A stretch of DNA of 64,000 bases, from the NCBI GenBank assembly GCA_963717145.1, contig OY970325.1, forward strand, positions 4,512,001 through 4,576,000, read 5' to 3'. Of this stretch, positions 1 to 10,451 are shown piece by piece (position 1 is the first letter of the stretch; each line of letters starts with the position of its first letter). The DNA comes from an uncultured Armatimonadetes bacterium (GTDB lineage: Bacteria; Armatimonadota; UBA5829; DTJY01). Made by a program: the position numbers and the translations under genes. The notes under the pieces were generated by a model. The model worked only from the letters and a program-made list of their open reading frames with translations. It was not told the origin of the DNA and did no database searches.

Positions 1-987
1 CTCGAACTTCCGCACCGACAGATGCGTGAGCAGCATGGTTCCCGCGATCGAGAAGCCCAAGGTAGTGGCTACCATCTCCCATGCATGCGGCTCTCCCGTC
101 AGCAGGCCGATAATGGCCGACAGCGGATTGACTGCGAGAGGCGCGTGCCACGGGAACAGGCTTTGATTCGGCCCCATGCGAATCACCAGGAACGCCATGA
201 GAATCAGGGCGACCGCTGTTCCGATGATATCCGACATCCGGATGCCCTGCAGAGTCCCTCGACCGGTCATCCTCCTCACGAGGTGCACGGACACGATAAT
301 CAGTGCAGCCGCCATGCCCATGAAGACGACGAACTCAATGGGCATCCAGCCATCGAACCAGTCGCTATGCGCAGGACCGGTGATATCCCATGCTCTGATC
401 CAAATCCCCGCCAGATACAGGCCCACGACGCTTGTATATGCCATGAGCGTCGCAGTGCGAGCATTCCGCAGAACGCACGACCAGAACATCCCGCCCGCGG
501 CGACGAACAACGCGGTCGCCATGAGTATGACGTAAGTCGCCACGATATCGAGCAGTGACTGCCCTCCACGGATACCGATGACCACCATAGTCGGAACGGC
601 CGCTGTCACAACAACCACCGCCTCGGTTACCGCCGCCATCAGCTTCTGCAGGATGATGCCGGAGGACGGCAGTAGCGTCAGTGCCAACAGGTCAAACGTG
701 TGCCTCTCACGCTCCACTGCAATCATGCCGGCGCTGCGAGCGGGTATCAGCACGCAGACAATGATGAGCAGAATGATGGACAACGCGGTAAACGCGGCAC
801 GATTCCCATCCGGATCTCTGATATCTGCGAAAGCCGAGATGAATATCCATGCAATGAGCACTCCAACTCCGATAGACGGCGTTGAGGTGAGCAGGCCTTT
901 GAGCTTGCGCCTCATTCGGAACTCGTGCTTCACCACCGGAAACTCTGTCTGCCGTATTCGATTGACAAGCTGCGGTATGGACGGCAT
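1..987 (-). CDS. ABC-2-type transporter permease (runs off left edge)
   Basis: Manual translation MPSIPQLVNRIRQTEFPVVKHEFRMRR...SAGMIAVERERHTFDLLALTLL; hydrophobic segments; GGAGGA RBS; downstream of an ABC ATPase. Missing from the ORF track because the stop lies outside the window. Confidence 0.8.
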   Translation of the reverse strand, partial: MPSIPQLVNRIRQTEFPVVKHEFRMRRKLKGLLTSTPSIGVGVLIAWIFISAFADIRDPDGNRAAFTALSIILLIIVCVLIPARSAGMIAVERERHTFDLLALTLLPSSGIILQKLMAAVTEAVVVVTAAVPTMVVIGIRGGQSLLDIVATYVILMATALFVAAGGMFWSCVLRNARTATLMAYTSVVGLYLAGIWIRAWDITGPAHSDWFDGWMPIEFVVFMGMAAALIIVSVHLVRRMTGRGTLQGIRMSDIIGTAVALILMAFLVIRMGPNQSLFPWHAPLAVNPLSAIIGLLTGEPHAWEMVATTLGFSIAGTMLLTHLSVRKFE

Positions 988-1054
988 ATGTCCTCCGGAG
1001 ATACACTACTCCATCACTCCACTACTCCCACACTCCCACACTCCCATACTCCGC

Positions 1055-1984
1055 CTACGAAACCGCTCCGCGCGTGACTTTGAGGAACACGTCCTCCAGG
1101 TCGAGGTCCGCCTCGTCGAATGAGTGCACCTTGAACCCCTGGACCGTCAGCGCCTCGAGGACCGCGTACTGCTCGCCCGGTTCGCCGACGTAAGTCGCGA
1201 GGATGTACCCATCGTCCTCCAGCTTGGCGTCGGATATGACGCTCAGGCCCGCGAGGCAGCCGAGCGCCTCCTGCCGGCGGTCGACCACCTGTATCTTCAG
1301 GCAGATGCCCGATCGGCACTGCGCCATGATCTGATTGACGTCGCCGCTGACCACGAGCTTGCCCTGCTCGATGATCGCGATCTTGTTGCAGAAATCGGCC
1401 AGTTCGGGGAGGATGTGCGACGAGATCAGGATCGTCTTGCCCATCTTCCGAAGCTCCTTCAGCAGCTCCTTGATCTCGATGCGCGCGCGCGGATCGAGCC
1501 CCGACGCCGGCTCGTCGAGCAGGAGGAGCTTCGGGTCGTGCAGGAGCGTCTTGGCGAGGCATAGTCTCTGCTGCATGCCTCTGGAAAGCTCGGCGACGAA
1601 GTTCTCCTTCTTGATCGAGAGGTCCGTCAGTTCCAGCACCTCGTCTATCACGGTGTTGCGCCTGTTCACGGGAATGCGATAGGCCGCTGCGAAGAAATCG
1701 AGGTACTCCCAGACCAGCACGTCGTCGTACATGCCGAAGAAGTCCGGCATATAGCCGATCAGCGGGCGGATCTCCTCCGGATACTGGAAGACATCGATCC
1801 CGTTCACATACGCCGTGCCGAAAGTCGGCTTGAGGAGGGTCGCCACCATGCGGATTGTGGTCGTTTTGCCGGCGCCGTTCGGGCCGATGAACCCCATGAT
1901 GTCACCCGCATCGAGCTGCAGGTTCAAGTCGTTCACCGCCGTCAGTTTGTCGTACTGCTTCGTGAGATTCTCTGTTCTGAGCAC
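1055..1984 (-). CDS. ABC transporter ATP-binding protein
   Basis: Walker A GPNGAGKTT, signature LSRGMQQR, Walker B LLLLDEP, H-loop SSH. Confidence 0.95.
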   Translation of the reverse strand: MLRTENLTKQYDKLTAVNDLNLQLDAGDIMGFIGPNGAGKTTTIRMVATLLKPTFGTAYVNGIDVFQYPEEIRPLIGYMPDFFGMYDDVLVWEYLDFFAAAYRIPVNRRNTVIDEVLELTDLSIKKENFVAELSRGMQQRLCLAKTLLHDPKLLLLDEPASGLDPRARIEIKELLKELRKMGKTILISSHILPELADFCNKIAIIEQGKLVVSGDVNQIMAQCRSGICLKIQVVDRRQEALGCLAGLSVISDAKLEDDGYILATYVGEPGEQYAVLEALTVQGFKVHSFDEADLDLEDVFLKVTRGAVS

Positions 1985-1996
1985 GCCGCTGCCTCC

Positions 1997-4404
1997 CTAT
2001 TTCTGCTTTCCCATCGCGCTGATACTGACGCTGGATATCAGTACTCGAGCGTCGAGTGATTCGATCTTGAGCTTGATCTGGTTGCCTGGTTGAAGATACT
2101 GCGCCGGGTTTGGCACATCGCCGACGCCCTTGACTGTCACCCAGTTTCCGGCCAAGTTTTGCAGAGAATAGTTCACTCGCATAGCCCCGGTATGCTCAAA
2201 CTTGAACTTGTTTGAAGAGGCAAGCGACAGGGAGACCAGATCAAGCCTCCCTGGTACCGGCAACTGGTAGAGGACCATGAAGGATCCTGAGGGTTGAAGA
2301 TCGACCACCATTGTGCCGGGATTGACGTTCATTTCGGGAATCGGCTGAGCGCTCTGGGACTTGACTATCGTCGAGCTGATCGAGTTCGGTGAGAAGACCA
2401 GAACACCGCCCGTCGAGACGTCGAGCCGGATCATGATGCATGTCTGCGATATCACGTTGCCGCGACGACCGGAAAGACCGTAAGGGGCGTTCCGTTTCGC
2501 GAAGCCCACGAGAGTCGGCGCGTTCGAAGCCGACGATACCGTTCCGGCGACTCCCTGCAGATTGCTCTTGATGTTCTTCGCGTAGTTCGAGTACGGGTTC
2601 GACCTGGTGGAAGACGAGTACGGTGAACTCTTTGCGTCTACTCGGACCGTTCGGCCTCTTGGCAGACTGCCCAGTTCCTGCTGCATACCGGCGAACCGGA
2701 TCGCGCAGTCAGTCAGATCGAGGTTGGTGTTGTTCGTGACAGTCCCTTGAACGGCATTGCCGACAAGCGTCAGATTGCAGGTGAAGTTGCCGCCCATGTC
2801 CACGCCGCTGACCGACTCGATCGTCTTGGCCGACCACATCGCCATGTCTATGCCCTCGATTGCGGTCTTCTCGCCCAGATAAGCCGTCGGCATCTGCTCT
2901 TTTTCCTCTTCAGGGATGCATTGCCCGATAGCGTAAGGATCATTGATATCTACGTCGTATGAACGACGAGCCGGTGAGAAGAGCGATGCCTCGCTGATCA
3001 ACCGCGCATACCTGGCGTTCGTGCTTCCCTCGATCACCGTCGCGACCCCCATCTCGATCTTCCCGCCCTTGATGGTGTATCCGATCACGTATGCGCCGAG
3101 AGTGAAGAGCAGCACGATCGCCGGAGTGCTCACCCACGCGAGTTCCATCCGTCGCCGCTTCTTGAGGTACCAGTAGTTCACCGGCACTAGGAAGACCACG
3201 TAGGCGAGCAGGTAGAGGGCGATGATATTGAACGAAGGCGTCTTGATCGCCGGGTTCTGGTCGACGACATCCTGGAGGCTCATGGCTGATATCGAGGAGG
3301 TATAACCGCCTCGACTTCGAGGGCCGAGATTGTTTATCCATTCGAGGTTCTCGTCTACGGTTGCGCCCGGGACTGAGGTCATCAGTATGTTCTTCCAGAA
3401 TCCGACCTGCCCGTTCCAGTCCCTGAAAGGTGATGCCTTGTAGTCGAATGCCAGGAACACAACGCGTCCTGCGCCGTATCTGCGCTCGGCGTAGATCGGT
3501 ACCGCGCCCTCCCGGAGAACCTGACTGGAGATGCCCGGCTTCGGGACGCTGGTGGTGACGGCGACCGGTCCTGCGGGGAACCCGTCCTGCCGATCGAAGC
3601 GATTGCGTTCATGGCCGGCACGCTCGCCGATCCGGTGACGGTCACGGGGAGGAGATCGTTGAAGAACTCAGTCTGAAAGCTGCGGAAGTTCGGGCCGGTC
3701 GAGACGACGAGTGTGCCGCCGCCTGCCACCCACATGCTGATCGCCTTCAGGGCCTTCGGGTCCGGCGAGATGCCCCCGAAGTCAGAGACGATCATCACAT
3801 CCACGCCCTGGTAGGCCGCCGGTCGGTCGAAAAGCGTCGACGGCGAGAGCGCCGCTGCCTGAATCGTCGAATCGGTCGGTCCTGAGGACGGGGAATAGCC
3901 GGGCCCCGCCAGCATCGCCATTCTCCTGTTCATCACGAACGGAATCTTCTCTCCGGTCATGAACGACAGCTTGGACGACCTGTCGCCGAGACTCACGATC
4001 ATTCGGTCGCGGGTGCTTATGGCAACGAGATTCATCTCCCGGCTGGCGATGATCCGACTGCCGCGTACCAGTGCGACCTTCATGTTGCCGCCATACTCGG
4101 GCCTTCTGGTATACACGTAATACAGCTTCGTCGAGTTGCCCGGGAGGCTCACCTTTGCGGAACACACCGGCATCGCGCGTCGGTTCGTTGTGTCCTGCCG
4201 AACCTCGAGCACCCCTTCGACCGTCTTACCGCCGGGGTTCACGAGCTTGACGGCGATCGGCGACCACACCGCGGCTTTGACCGCGCCGTCGAAGCCGGCC
4301 AACACCTCGATGTCCACGGCATGGGCCGCGGTCGAGACAGTCGCAAGCAGGGCGAGGGTCATGGCGGCAAGCAGTAGCAGTCCGGTGGGACGATGATTCG
4401 TCAT
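1997..4404 (-). CDS. Large exported/membrane-anchored ABC-associated protein (single gene with apparent frameshift near 3582)
   Basis: ORFs 3382-4404 and 1997-3460 join as ...IGRTGFPAGPVAVTTSVPK... if one G is added near 3581-3583; signal peptide; two TM helices (IIALYLLAYVVFLVPVNY, AWVSTPAIVLLFTLGAY). Confidence 0.7.
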
Positions 4405-4671
4405 TCTATGCTCCTGGCTGTTCGTGTTGGAAAGCTCTTTCTTGTTGATACTGCGAAAATGGACCCGTTGTTCCCGGCGACCTTGCGCCGCCCGGCATCC
4501 TACGCATTTTCGATCACCACGCGTTTATCTCCTCCGTGCGACGGACGGCGGAACCCGTCCCGGGCGGAAGGGCATGCCACACACACCAGTGGTTTAGACG
4601 CGCGAGAGGCCCATTTCGATGCAAAAACGCCCGGGAATCGAAAAAAACCAGGACGGACCGAGCGGTTTGTA

Positions 4672-4686
4672 TGGCATATAGATAGC
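4672..4686 (+). promoter_or_regulatory. Possible sigma-54 (-24/-12) promoter upstream of the pil operon
   Basis: TGGCATATAGATAGC fits GG-N10-GC; -12 element is TAGC rather than TTGC. Confidence 0.35.
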
Positions 4687-4942
4687 AGTGACAGCCCGAT
4701 TATCCGCTTGTCGTGCCGAATTCTCGGCTTTGCACGCACTTCTGCCTGATTTGGCCTCTTACCCTCCATTTTTCCCGCCGTCTGACGATAATATGAGAGT
4801 GGATGAGCAGATGGAGGGGCAGATCTGCTGGGTCCGTTGAGTTTCTCCTCTATGAGGTTTGAAGCTAGGCTTAGGCCTGACTACGTCACACCCCTCCCAT
4901 GCCGTTTCAGCAGCAAGCTCACCTGTCGAAGGAGGCATTCTG

Positions 4943-6061
4943 GTGTTTTTCTCTCACCTGCTATCGAAGGAGAGCGTGGTCGGCATAGATATTGGCAGCA
5001 ACTCTATCAAGGTAGTTTGCGTCGAGCCGACCAAGCAGGGGCCGCGCATATCTCATATCGCCGTCTGTCCCACTCCCGCCAACATGGTGAAGGAGGGAAT
5101 GGTGACAAGTGCGGCTGAGATTGCGGGCGCCATACAGTTCTGTATGCGATCCGCCGGCATCAAGGCATCAACTGTGGTGACAGCCATCGCCGGGCCGGGC
5201 GTGATCGTCAGGAATGTGAAAGTCCCGAAGATGAGTGAAGACGTCCTGCGCAAGTCGATACGTTTCGAAGCAGGCAAGTTCATATCATCGAACATCGAGG
5301 ACAGCATCGTCGAGTTCGACATACTCGGTGATGCGGACGAGGAAGGCCAGGTCAACATAGTTCTGGTCGCCGCGCCCCGAGTTATGGTCGAGACCAAGGT
5401 CGCCGCACTCGAGCAGGCCGGGCTGGAACCTCTCGCCGTTGATGTGGAGGCGTTCGCCCTCCTCCGGGCACTGCAGAGCCGTCCGGATTCCGGTATCCCC
5501 GCCGATGGAACCGTCGCACTGCTCGACTTGGGTGCAAGCCATACGGAGATCAACCTGATCAGCAAGGGCGATCTGGCTCTCACAAGGACCATCCCGATCG
5601 CCGGGAACAACCTCACGACCGCCATTCGGAACGCCACCGGCGTCACCGACGACGAGGCCGAAGAGATGAAGTTCGCGGTCAACCTCCAGGACCTCCTGGA
5701 GCAGACCGAGGCGGCCAGGGACAACGCGGCTCTCAGGGCGGTGCAGCCGCTCGTGGATGAACTGCTCAGGGAGATCCGCCGTTCCATCAATTACTACCAG
5801 ACTCAGCTACCCGAGGGCAGTGACGCCATGGTGGACAAGCTGATACTCACCGGCGGTACGGCCAGGATGAAAGGGCTCGTGGAGTATACCAAGAGCCGCC
5901 TGAATATCCAGGCCGTGGTCGGTTCGCCGGTGTCGCCGAGCATGTACGACTTTTCGTCCGCCCCTGAGGGCGTGAGTGAGGACGACATGCCTTTGCTCGC
6001 AGTGGGTCTCGGGCTGGCTCTCAAGGAGTTGCCGGTCGCCACGCTGGCGGCCGCCGCCTGA
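4943..6061 (+). CDS. pilM: Type IV pilus assembly protein PilM
   Basis: VGIDIGSNSIKV actin-like motif, LLDLGASHT, LILTGGTA; GTG start after GGAGG. Confidence 0.9.
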   Translation: MFFSHLLSKESVVGIDIGSNSIKVVCVEPTKQGPRISHIAVCPTPANMVKEGMVTSAAEIAGAIQFCMRSAGIKASTVVTAIAGPGVIVRNVKVPKMSEDVLRKSIRFEAGKFISSNIEDSIVEFDILGDADEEGQVNIVLVAAPRVMVETKVAALEQAGLEPLAVDVEAFALLRALQSRPDSGIPADGTVALLDLGASHTEINLISKGDLALTRTIPIAGNNLTTAIRNATGVTDDEAEEMKFAVNLQDLLEQTEAARDNAALRAVQPLVDELLREIRRSINYYQTQLPEGSDAMVDKLILTGGTARMKGLVEYTKSRLNIQAVVGSPVSPSMYDFSSAPEGVSEDDMPLLAVGLGLALKELPVATLAAAA

Positions 6062-6075
6062 TCCCACAACTATGT

Positions 6076-6142
6076 GTAGTGGCCGTGGCTCTGTCCCGGC
6101 CATGCACCCGCTGGTAGGCCGGGACAGAGCCACGGCCACTAC
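6076..6142. repeat. GTAG-type REPIN-like palindrome
   Basis: GTAGTGGCCGTGGCTCTGTCCCGGCC...GGCCGGGACAGAGCCACGGCCACTAC. Confidence 0.8.
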
Positions 6143-6176
6143 CAGAGATAAGGGACACGAAAGGGAAGGGACAGCT

Positions 6177-6830
6177 ATGCCTTCGATCAATATGATCGCG
6201 ACACGTCGGGCTGAGCGCCGGAATCTGGAGAGCCAGATACGCATGGCTGGGTTGATTGTGCTGTGTTTGGTGGTCATCGCCTTTGGAGTCTTGAGCTTCA
6301 TGACGGCGCGCATATTCGCGACAGACCGAGCCATAGATCAACTCGATAAGCAGCTTAGCAGTATTCAGCCGACCGTGAAGCAGATCGCCGACTATGAGGT
6401 GCAGACCAAGGAACTCCAACCTCGCCTGCAGCTTCTTGCCGATTCCAGGGAGAAGACACTCCTCTGGTACAGTGTCATGCAGGATCTGAGCCGCAGCATG
6501 CCTGCCGACACTTGGCTGACCGATGTCAGCACCATCAAGACGACTACCCAGGCGTTTCAGCCTTCTCAGCCGTCTCAGGGCACTCCGGCATCGGCCAGAC
6601 CGAAGCCGACACAGAAAGTCAGCCTGAAGCTGCGCGGCACCTCGGTCAGCCAAATGATGGTCGGCGAGACCATGCTCAGATTGAACACGTGGCCGGAGTT
6701 CGAGAGTGTAGATCTCAGTTACACTCAGCAGAGCGCCAGAGAAGACGCGAACACTGTTGAGTTCGAGATCAATGCTCCACTTCTGGACCGCAGCGCGAAA
6801 GGAGGGGTGACTACGAATGACAGCCACTAG
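6177..6830 (+). CDS. pilN: PilN-family protein
   Basis: MPSINMI N-terminus (INL-like motif), single TM, coiled coil, SRSMPADTWLTDV; follows pilM. Confidence 0.85.
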   Translation: MPSINMIATRRAERRNLESQIRMAGLIVLCLVVIAFGVLSFMTARIFATDRAIDQLDKQLSSIQPTVKQIADYEVQTKELQPRLQLLADSREKTLLWYSVMQDLSRSMPADTWLTDVSTIKTTTQAFQPSQPSQGTPASARPKPTQKVSLKLRGTSVSQMMVGETMLRLNTWPEFESVDLSYTQQSAREDANTVEFEINAPLLDRSAKGGVTTNDSH

Positions 6831-7512
6831 TATGCTCAAACGAATGCGTATCGGCCTCGCGTGCTGCGCAGTGCTGGTCCTCGTTGTTTGCGGGTTCATC
6901 TACGCCAACAGGGCCGGCAAGCTCAACGTTCTGCGGGCAGAACAGAGCCGGAAGCAGGAGCAGCTCGATAACAGCCAGAAGATCGCCGACCGACTGCCGG
7001 TCGCGCGTCAGGAGTTCGCGGACGCACAGGCGAAGCTGGGCTTCCTCGAGCAGGGTGTGTCGAGCAAGGTATACGTGCCGACATTCCTGCGCCAGATCGA
7101 AGATCTGGGCCGGAAGAACCACCTCAAGGTTATCGGTATTCGTCCCAAGCCGGCGGAAGCGAAGCCGCTGCCTGTATCCGCTGCCCAGGACGTTGACAAG
7201 GACGGCAAGAAGGTCAAGCCCAAGCCGGCGCCTCCCGAGCCGTATGACAAGCTCGATCTCGACATCGAGGTCAAGGGCAAGTACTGGGATGTCGTCCGTC
7301 TCATGTTCGACATTACCTCGTTCCCGAAGATAGTTGCGGTGAACGATATCCAGGTCAGCCCGATAGGCATACCTTGCCGCTCTGTATCGCCGTCGCTGTC
7401 CGTAAAGTTCAACGCCACGGCATTCATCCTGAAGCAGCAGCCTGGTGCTGCTGAGAAGGATGTCAAGAGCGCCAAGGTGCTGGCTGAAGCACAAAACGGA
7501 GATAAGGGATGA
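6817..7512 (+). CDS. pilO: PilO-family protein
   Basis: N-terminal TM, coiled coil, IEVKGKYWDVVRLMFDITSFPKIVAV PilO-like motif. Confidence 0.8.
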   Translation: MTATSMLKRMRIGLACCAVLVLVVCGFIYANRAGKLNVLRAEQSRKQEQLDNSQKIADRLPVARQEFADAQAKLGFLEQGVSSKVYVPTFLRQIEDLGRKNHLKVIGIRPKPAEAKPLPVSAAQDVDKDGKKVKPKPAPPEPYDKLDLDIEVKGKYWDVVRLMFDITSFPKIVAVNDIQVSPIGIPCRSVSPSLSVKFNATAFILKQQPGAAEKDVKSAKVLAEAQNGDKG

Positions 7513-8150
7513 AAATCGCCGAAGATCAAAAGAAGCAACTCATCGTTCTGTGCTGCTTGATCCTCTTCGTCCTCGCTTACGCGGGCCTCAAGATTGTCGG
7601 GTCAGGCTCACACGCCCAGACGAGGCAGAGCCCGACAGCGGCGAAGGCACAGGACAAGAGCACGGAACCGGTCGCCCAGGTGGATGATCAATCGCCTGTG
7701 AAGACCGCTGTTGTCGCCCAGAGTATCACGGGCGATGCAGCGGGGCGCGACCCGTTCACCCCGCAGGTGGGCGACGCCGCATCTTCTGCCGTCAAGCCGA
7801 TGAAGATGCTGCCGCCACCCATATTCCCGGCCGGGAAACTATCGGGTCTCGGTCCGATGCCGATGCCGTTCAGCCGGGACATCAGGGTCACCACGAACAA
7901 TCCGCCCGCACAGGAGCCGGAGCCGGATCCGTCACAAACGCTCAAGCTGACGGGTATTATCCAGGGCTCCGTCAACGTCGCCATTCTGCGCGGGGCCAAC
8001 AATGTCCGATACATCGTTCGCGAGGGCCAGCTCATCGACGGGAAGTACAGAGTCGATCTGGTCACTCGGTTTGGGGTACGTGTGAGTTTCAACAACAAGA
8101 GTTATCTGTTGTCATTAGGAGGTAGTGATGCAAGCAAAGGGGCACGTTAA
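7509..8150 (+). CDS. PilP-like protein
   Basis: RDPF motif, Pro-rich linker, LKLTGII...VREGQLI beta domain; sits between pilO and the secretin. Confidence 0.6.
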   Translation: MKIAEDQKKQLIVLCCLILFVLAYAGLKIVGSGSHAQTRQSPTAAKAQDKSTEPVAQVDDQSPVKTAVVAQSITGDAAGRDPFTPQVGDAASSAVKPMKMLPPPIFPAGKLSGLGPMPMPFSRDIRVTTNNPPAQEPEPDPSQTLKLTGIIQGSVNVAILRGANNVRYIVREGQLIDGKYRVDLVTRFGVRVSFNNKSYLLSLGGSDASKGAR

Positions 8151-10344
8151 TCACATGGCAGGTCCGCGCGTCCTGGTCGCCATGATCATGCTGCTCGTCC
8201 TGCTGTGCTCGGTTTCGGCCGATGCCCGCCAGACGATCAGCCGCGTCCAGATCACGAGTTCTGCGGCGAATGTGCAGATCGTCGTAAAGGGGAGCAGCCC
8301 GCTCACGATCAGCGACGGACGGCTATCCCAGCACCTGGTGTTCGACATCCAGGGCCACCTGAACAACGATCAGACCAGGCAGGTCAAGATCCAATCAGGG
8401 GAGATCGGCATCGTCAAGTGCGGATGGTACAAGTCGAGTCCGCCGGTTGCAAGAATCGCCGTTTCGGTCTCCAGCAAGCGCCCGTATACGATCAAGTATT
8501 CGAGCGACAAGCACGAGGCCACCATCACAGTAGCGAAGCGTGGGGCTGAACCCGCACTTACGGCCAAGATCCCGGCGCCGGCAAGCAAGGCGCCCAAGCC
8601 TGTGGTCGTTCCCAAGGCTGAGAAGCCTGCGCCTGCGCCTGCGCCTGCTGCCAAGGCCGCAGAGCCCTCGGAGACACTGCTTGCGGTGCAGGGAGAGCAG
8701 CAGACCTGCGCCACGAGTGAACCGGTCGCGGTCGAGCCGGTCAAGGTGGCGGACAAGCCCGTACTCATCGCGAGCACCCGCCCGATCGCCATACACTCCA
8801 CAGCGGTCGAGAGCGCACCCGCCGTCGTGGCGGGGAACAGGGTCAATCTCGACTTTGTCGGCACGGACATACAGGATGTATTGAAGGCGCTGGCTCTGCA
8901 GAGTAACAGCAACATCGTCGCGAGTCCGGAGGTCAAGGGCGAGGTGACTGTCGCGCTGAACAACGTGACGGTCAATGAAGCCCTGAAGCTCGTCACCAAT
9001 CTGAGCGGCTTCAAGTTCCAGCAAGTCGACGGCACCTATGTCGTGGGCACGCCGGGCAACCTCGAGTCGCTGGCAAACGGAGCGGCCCCCCCGGAAGCCG
9101 GGGTAAACCGCGTCGCGGCCGTTGCGATGATCCGACACGCGGATCCCGCCATGCTGTCCAAGATGCTCGCCGCCCAGTTCAAGGGCATGGACGTCTCCAA
9201 CGAATCGGTAGGAGATGCCAAGCAGGGCGTTCCCAATGGAACTAGCATGCTCGTGCTTAGTGGCACGGCGGAGCAGGTCGAGTCCGCCAAGACCCTGGTG
9301 GCCCAGGTCGAGAACTCGCTTGCCACCAATGCCGCTGCCACCGAGATGGATATTTACGAAGTCAAGTACGTAGATATTAACGAAATCGCGGCAGTTCTGG
9401 CATCCTATGTGCCGGGCCTCAGAGTCACCATCGGCCCGAATCAGGGCTTCAACCTGGAGAGCCCGAGAGCACTCTCAATGGGCAACGGCAGTTCAGGCTC
9501 GGGTTCAGGCTCGGGCTCGGGTTCGGGCGGGTCGTCCGCGGCGTCCGCGGCGAAGAACACCGCTCAGGCCAAGACACTCATGCTTCAGGGCAGCGCCGCC
9601 GAGATCGCGAGGGCGAGGGACCTTCTCGCCAAGCTCGACGTTCAGCAGCCGCAGATCGTCATCGAGGCGAAGGTCCTCGATATCAAGAACGACGACTCCA
9701 AGGAACTCGGCATCGAGTGGAGTTGGAACGACGTCGAACTCAGTGAACTGGAGAAGAACCCCAAGAAGGAGCCGATCGGGATAACGCTCGGCAAGTTCAA
9801 TCGTTGGCCGGAAACCATCATCGCCAAGGTGAATGCGCTCGTGACCACCGGTAAGGCGAAAGTCCTCGCGAATCCGAGCGTCTCGGCCCTGGACGGCAAG
9901 CCGGCCAGCATCTTCATCGGCGACGAGTTCAAGTACGTCATCAACATCCAGCAGACACCGACCGGCGTCAACGTGACGACCGAGACGGCCCTTGTCGGCG
10001 TGCAGCTTCACGCCATCAGCAGGGTCAGCTCGGACGGCTTCATCACCATGGACCTGCACCCGGAAGTCAGCGTGATCACCGATTTCATCGAGTTGCCGTC
10101 CGTCGGTCTGTCGCTGCCTGAGATATCGAGACGGTATGTCGACAGCACTATCCGCATCAAGGACGGCGAGACCATTGTCATCGGCGGCCTGATCAAGGAC
10201 ACGGAGATCGAAACCATGTCCGGCATCCCGATCCTCAAGGATCTGCCGTTGATCGGCGCTCTGTTCAGGAGCCGTGAGACGCAGAAAGATCACTCGGAGA
10301 TCATGATGTTCATCACTCCGCGGATCCTGACGTCCAGTCCGTAG
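8128..10344 (+). CDS. pilQ: Secretin (PilQ/GspD family) with N-terminal AMIN-like region
   Basis: VNLDFVGTDIQDVL, LDVQQPQIVIEAKV, KDGETIVIGGLI, GIPILKDLPLIGALFRS, MMFITPRIL. Confidence 0.9.
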   Translation: MQAKGHVNHMAGPRVLVAMIMLLVLLCSVSADARQTISRVQITSSAANVQIVVKGSSPLTISDGRLSQHLVFDIQGHLNNDQTRQVKIQSGEIGIVKCGWYKSSPPVARIAVSVSSKRPYTIKYSSDKHEATITVAKRGAEPALTAKIPAPASKAPKPVVVPKAEKPAPAPAPAAKAAEPSETLLAVQGEQQTCATSEPVAVEPVKVADKPVLIASTRPIAIHSTAVESAPAVVAGNRVNLDFVGTDIQDVLKALALQSNSNIVASPEVKGEVTVALNNVTVNEALKLVTNLSGFKFQQVDGTYVVGTPGNLESLANGAAPPEAGVNRVAAVAMIRHADPAMLSKMLAAQFKGMDVSNESVGDAKQGVPNGTSMLVLSGTAEQVESAKTLVAQVENSLATNAAATEMDIYEVKYVDINEIAAVLASYVPGLRVTIGPNQGFNLESPRALSMGNGSSGSGSGSGSGSGGSSAASAAKNTAQAKTLMLQGSAAEIARARDLLAKLDVQQPQIVIEAKVLDIKNDDSKELGIEWSWNDVELSELEKNPKKEPIGITLGKFNRWPETIIAKVNALVTTGKAKVLANPSVSALDGKPASIFIGDEFKYVINIQQTPTGVNVTTETALVGVQLHAISRVSSDGFITMDLHPEVSVITDFIELPSVGLSLPEISRRYVDSTIRIKDGETIVIGGLIKDTEIETMSGIPILKDLPLIGALFRSRETQKDHSEIMMFITPRILTSSP

Positions 10345-10451
10345 TCCGATTCTTCCCATGGGGCCTACGGGCCCCATGGGTTCCATTTCGGTTCAGACAG
10401 AGGGCGGGTCAGCCCGCCCTCACATTAGTCTTTACCAGATCGAGATCGCAG

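Noticed and set aside
3575-3590. Programmed frameshift or pseudogene in the ABC-associated gene
   Set aside because: Single-base indel in a short G run, with no slippery heptamer; one of four similar cases, most likely a sequencing error (check reads).
9480-9545. GGCTCGGGTTCA and CCTGCG (8626-8650) repeats in pilQ
   Set aside because: Ordinary Gly-Ser and Pro-Ala linkers with codon-multiple units.
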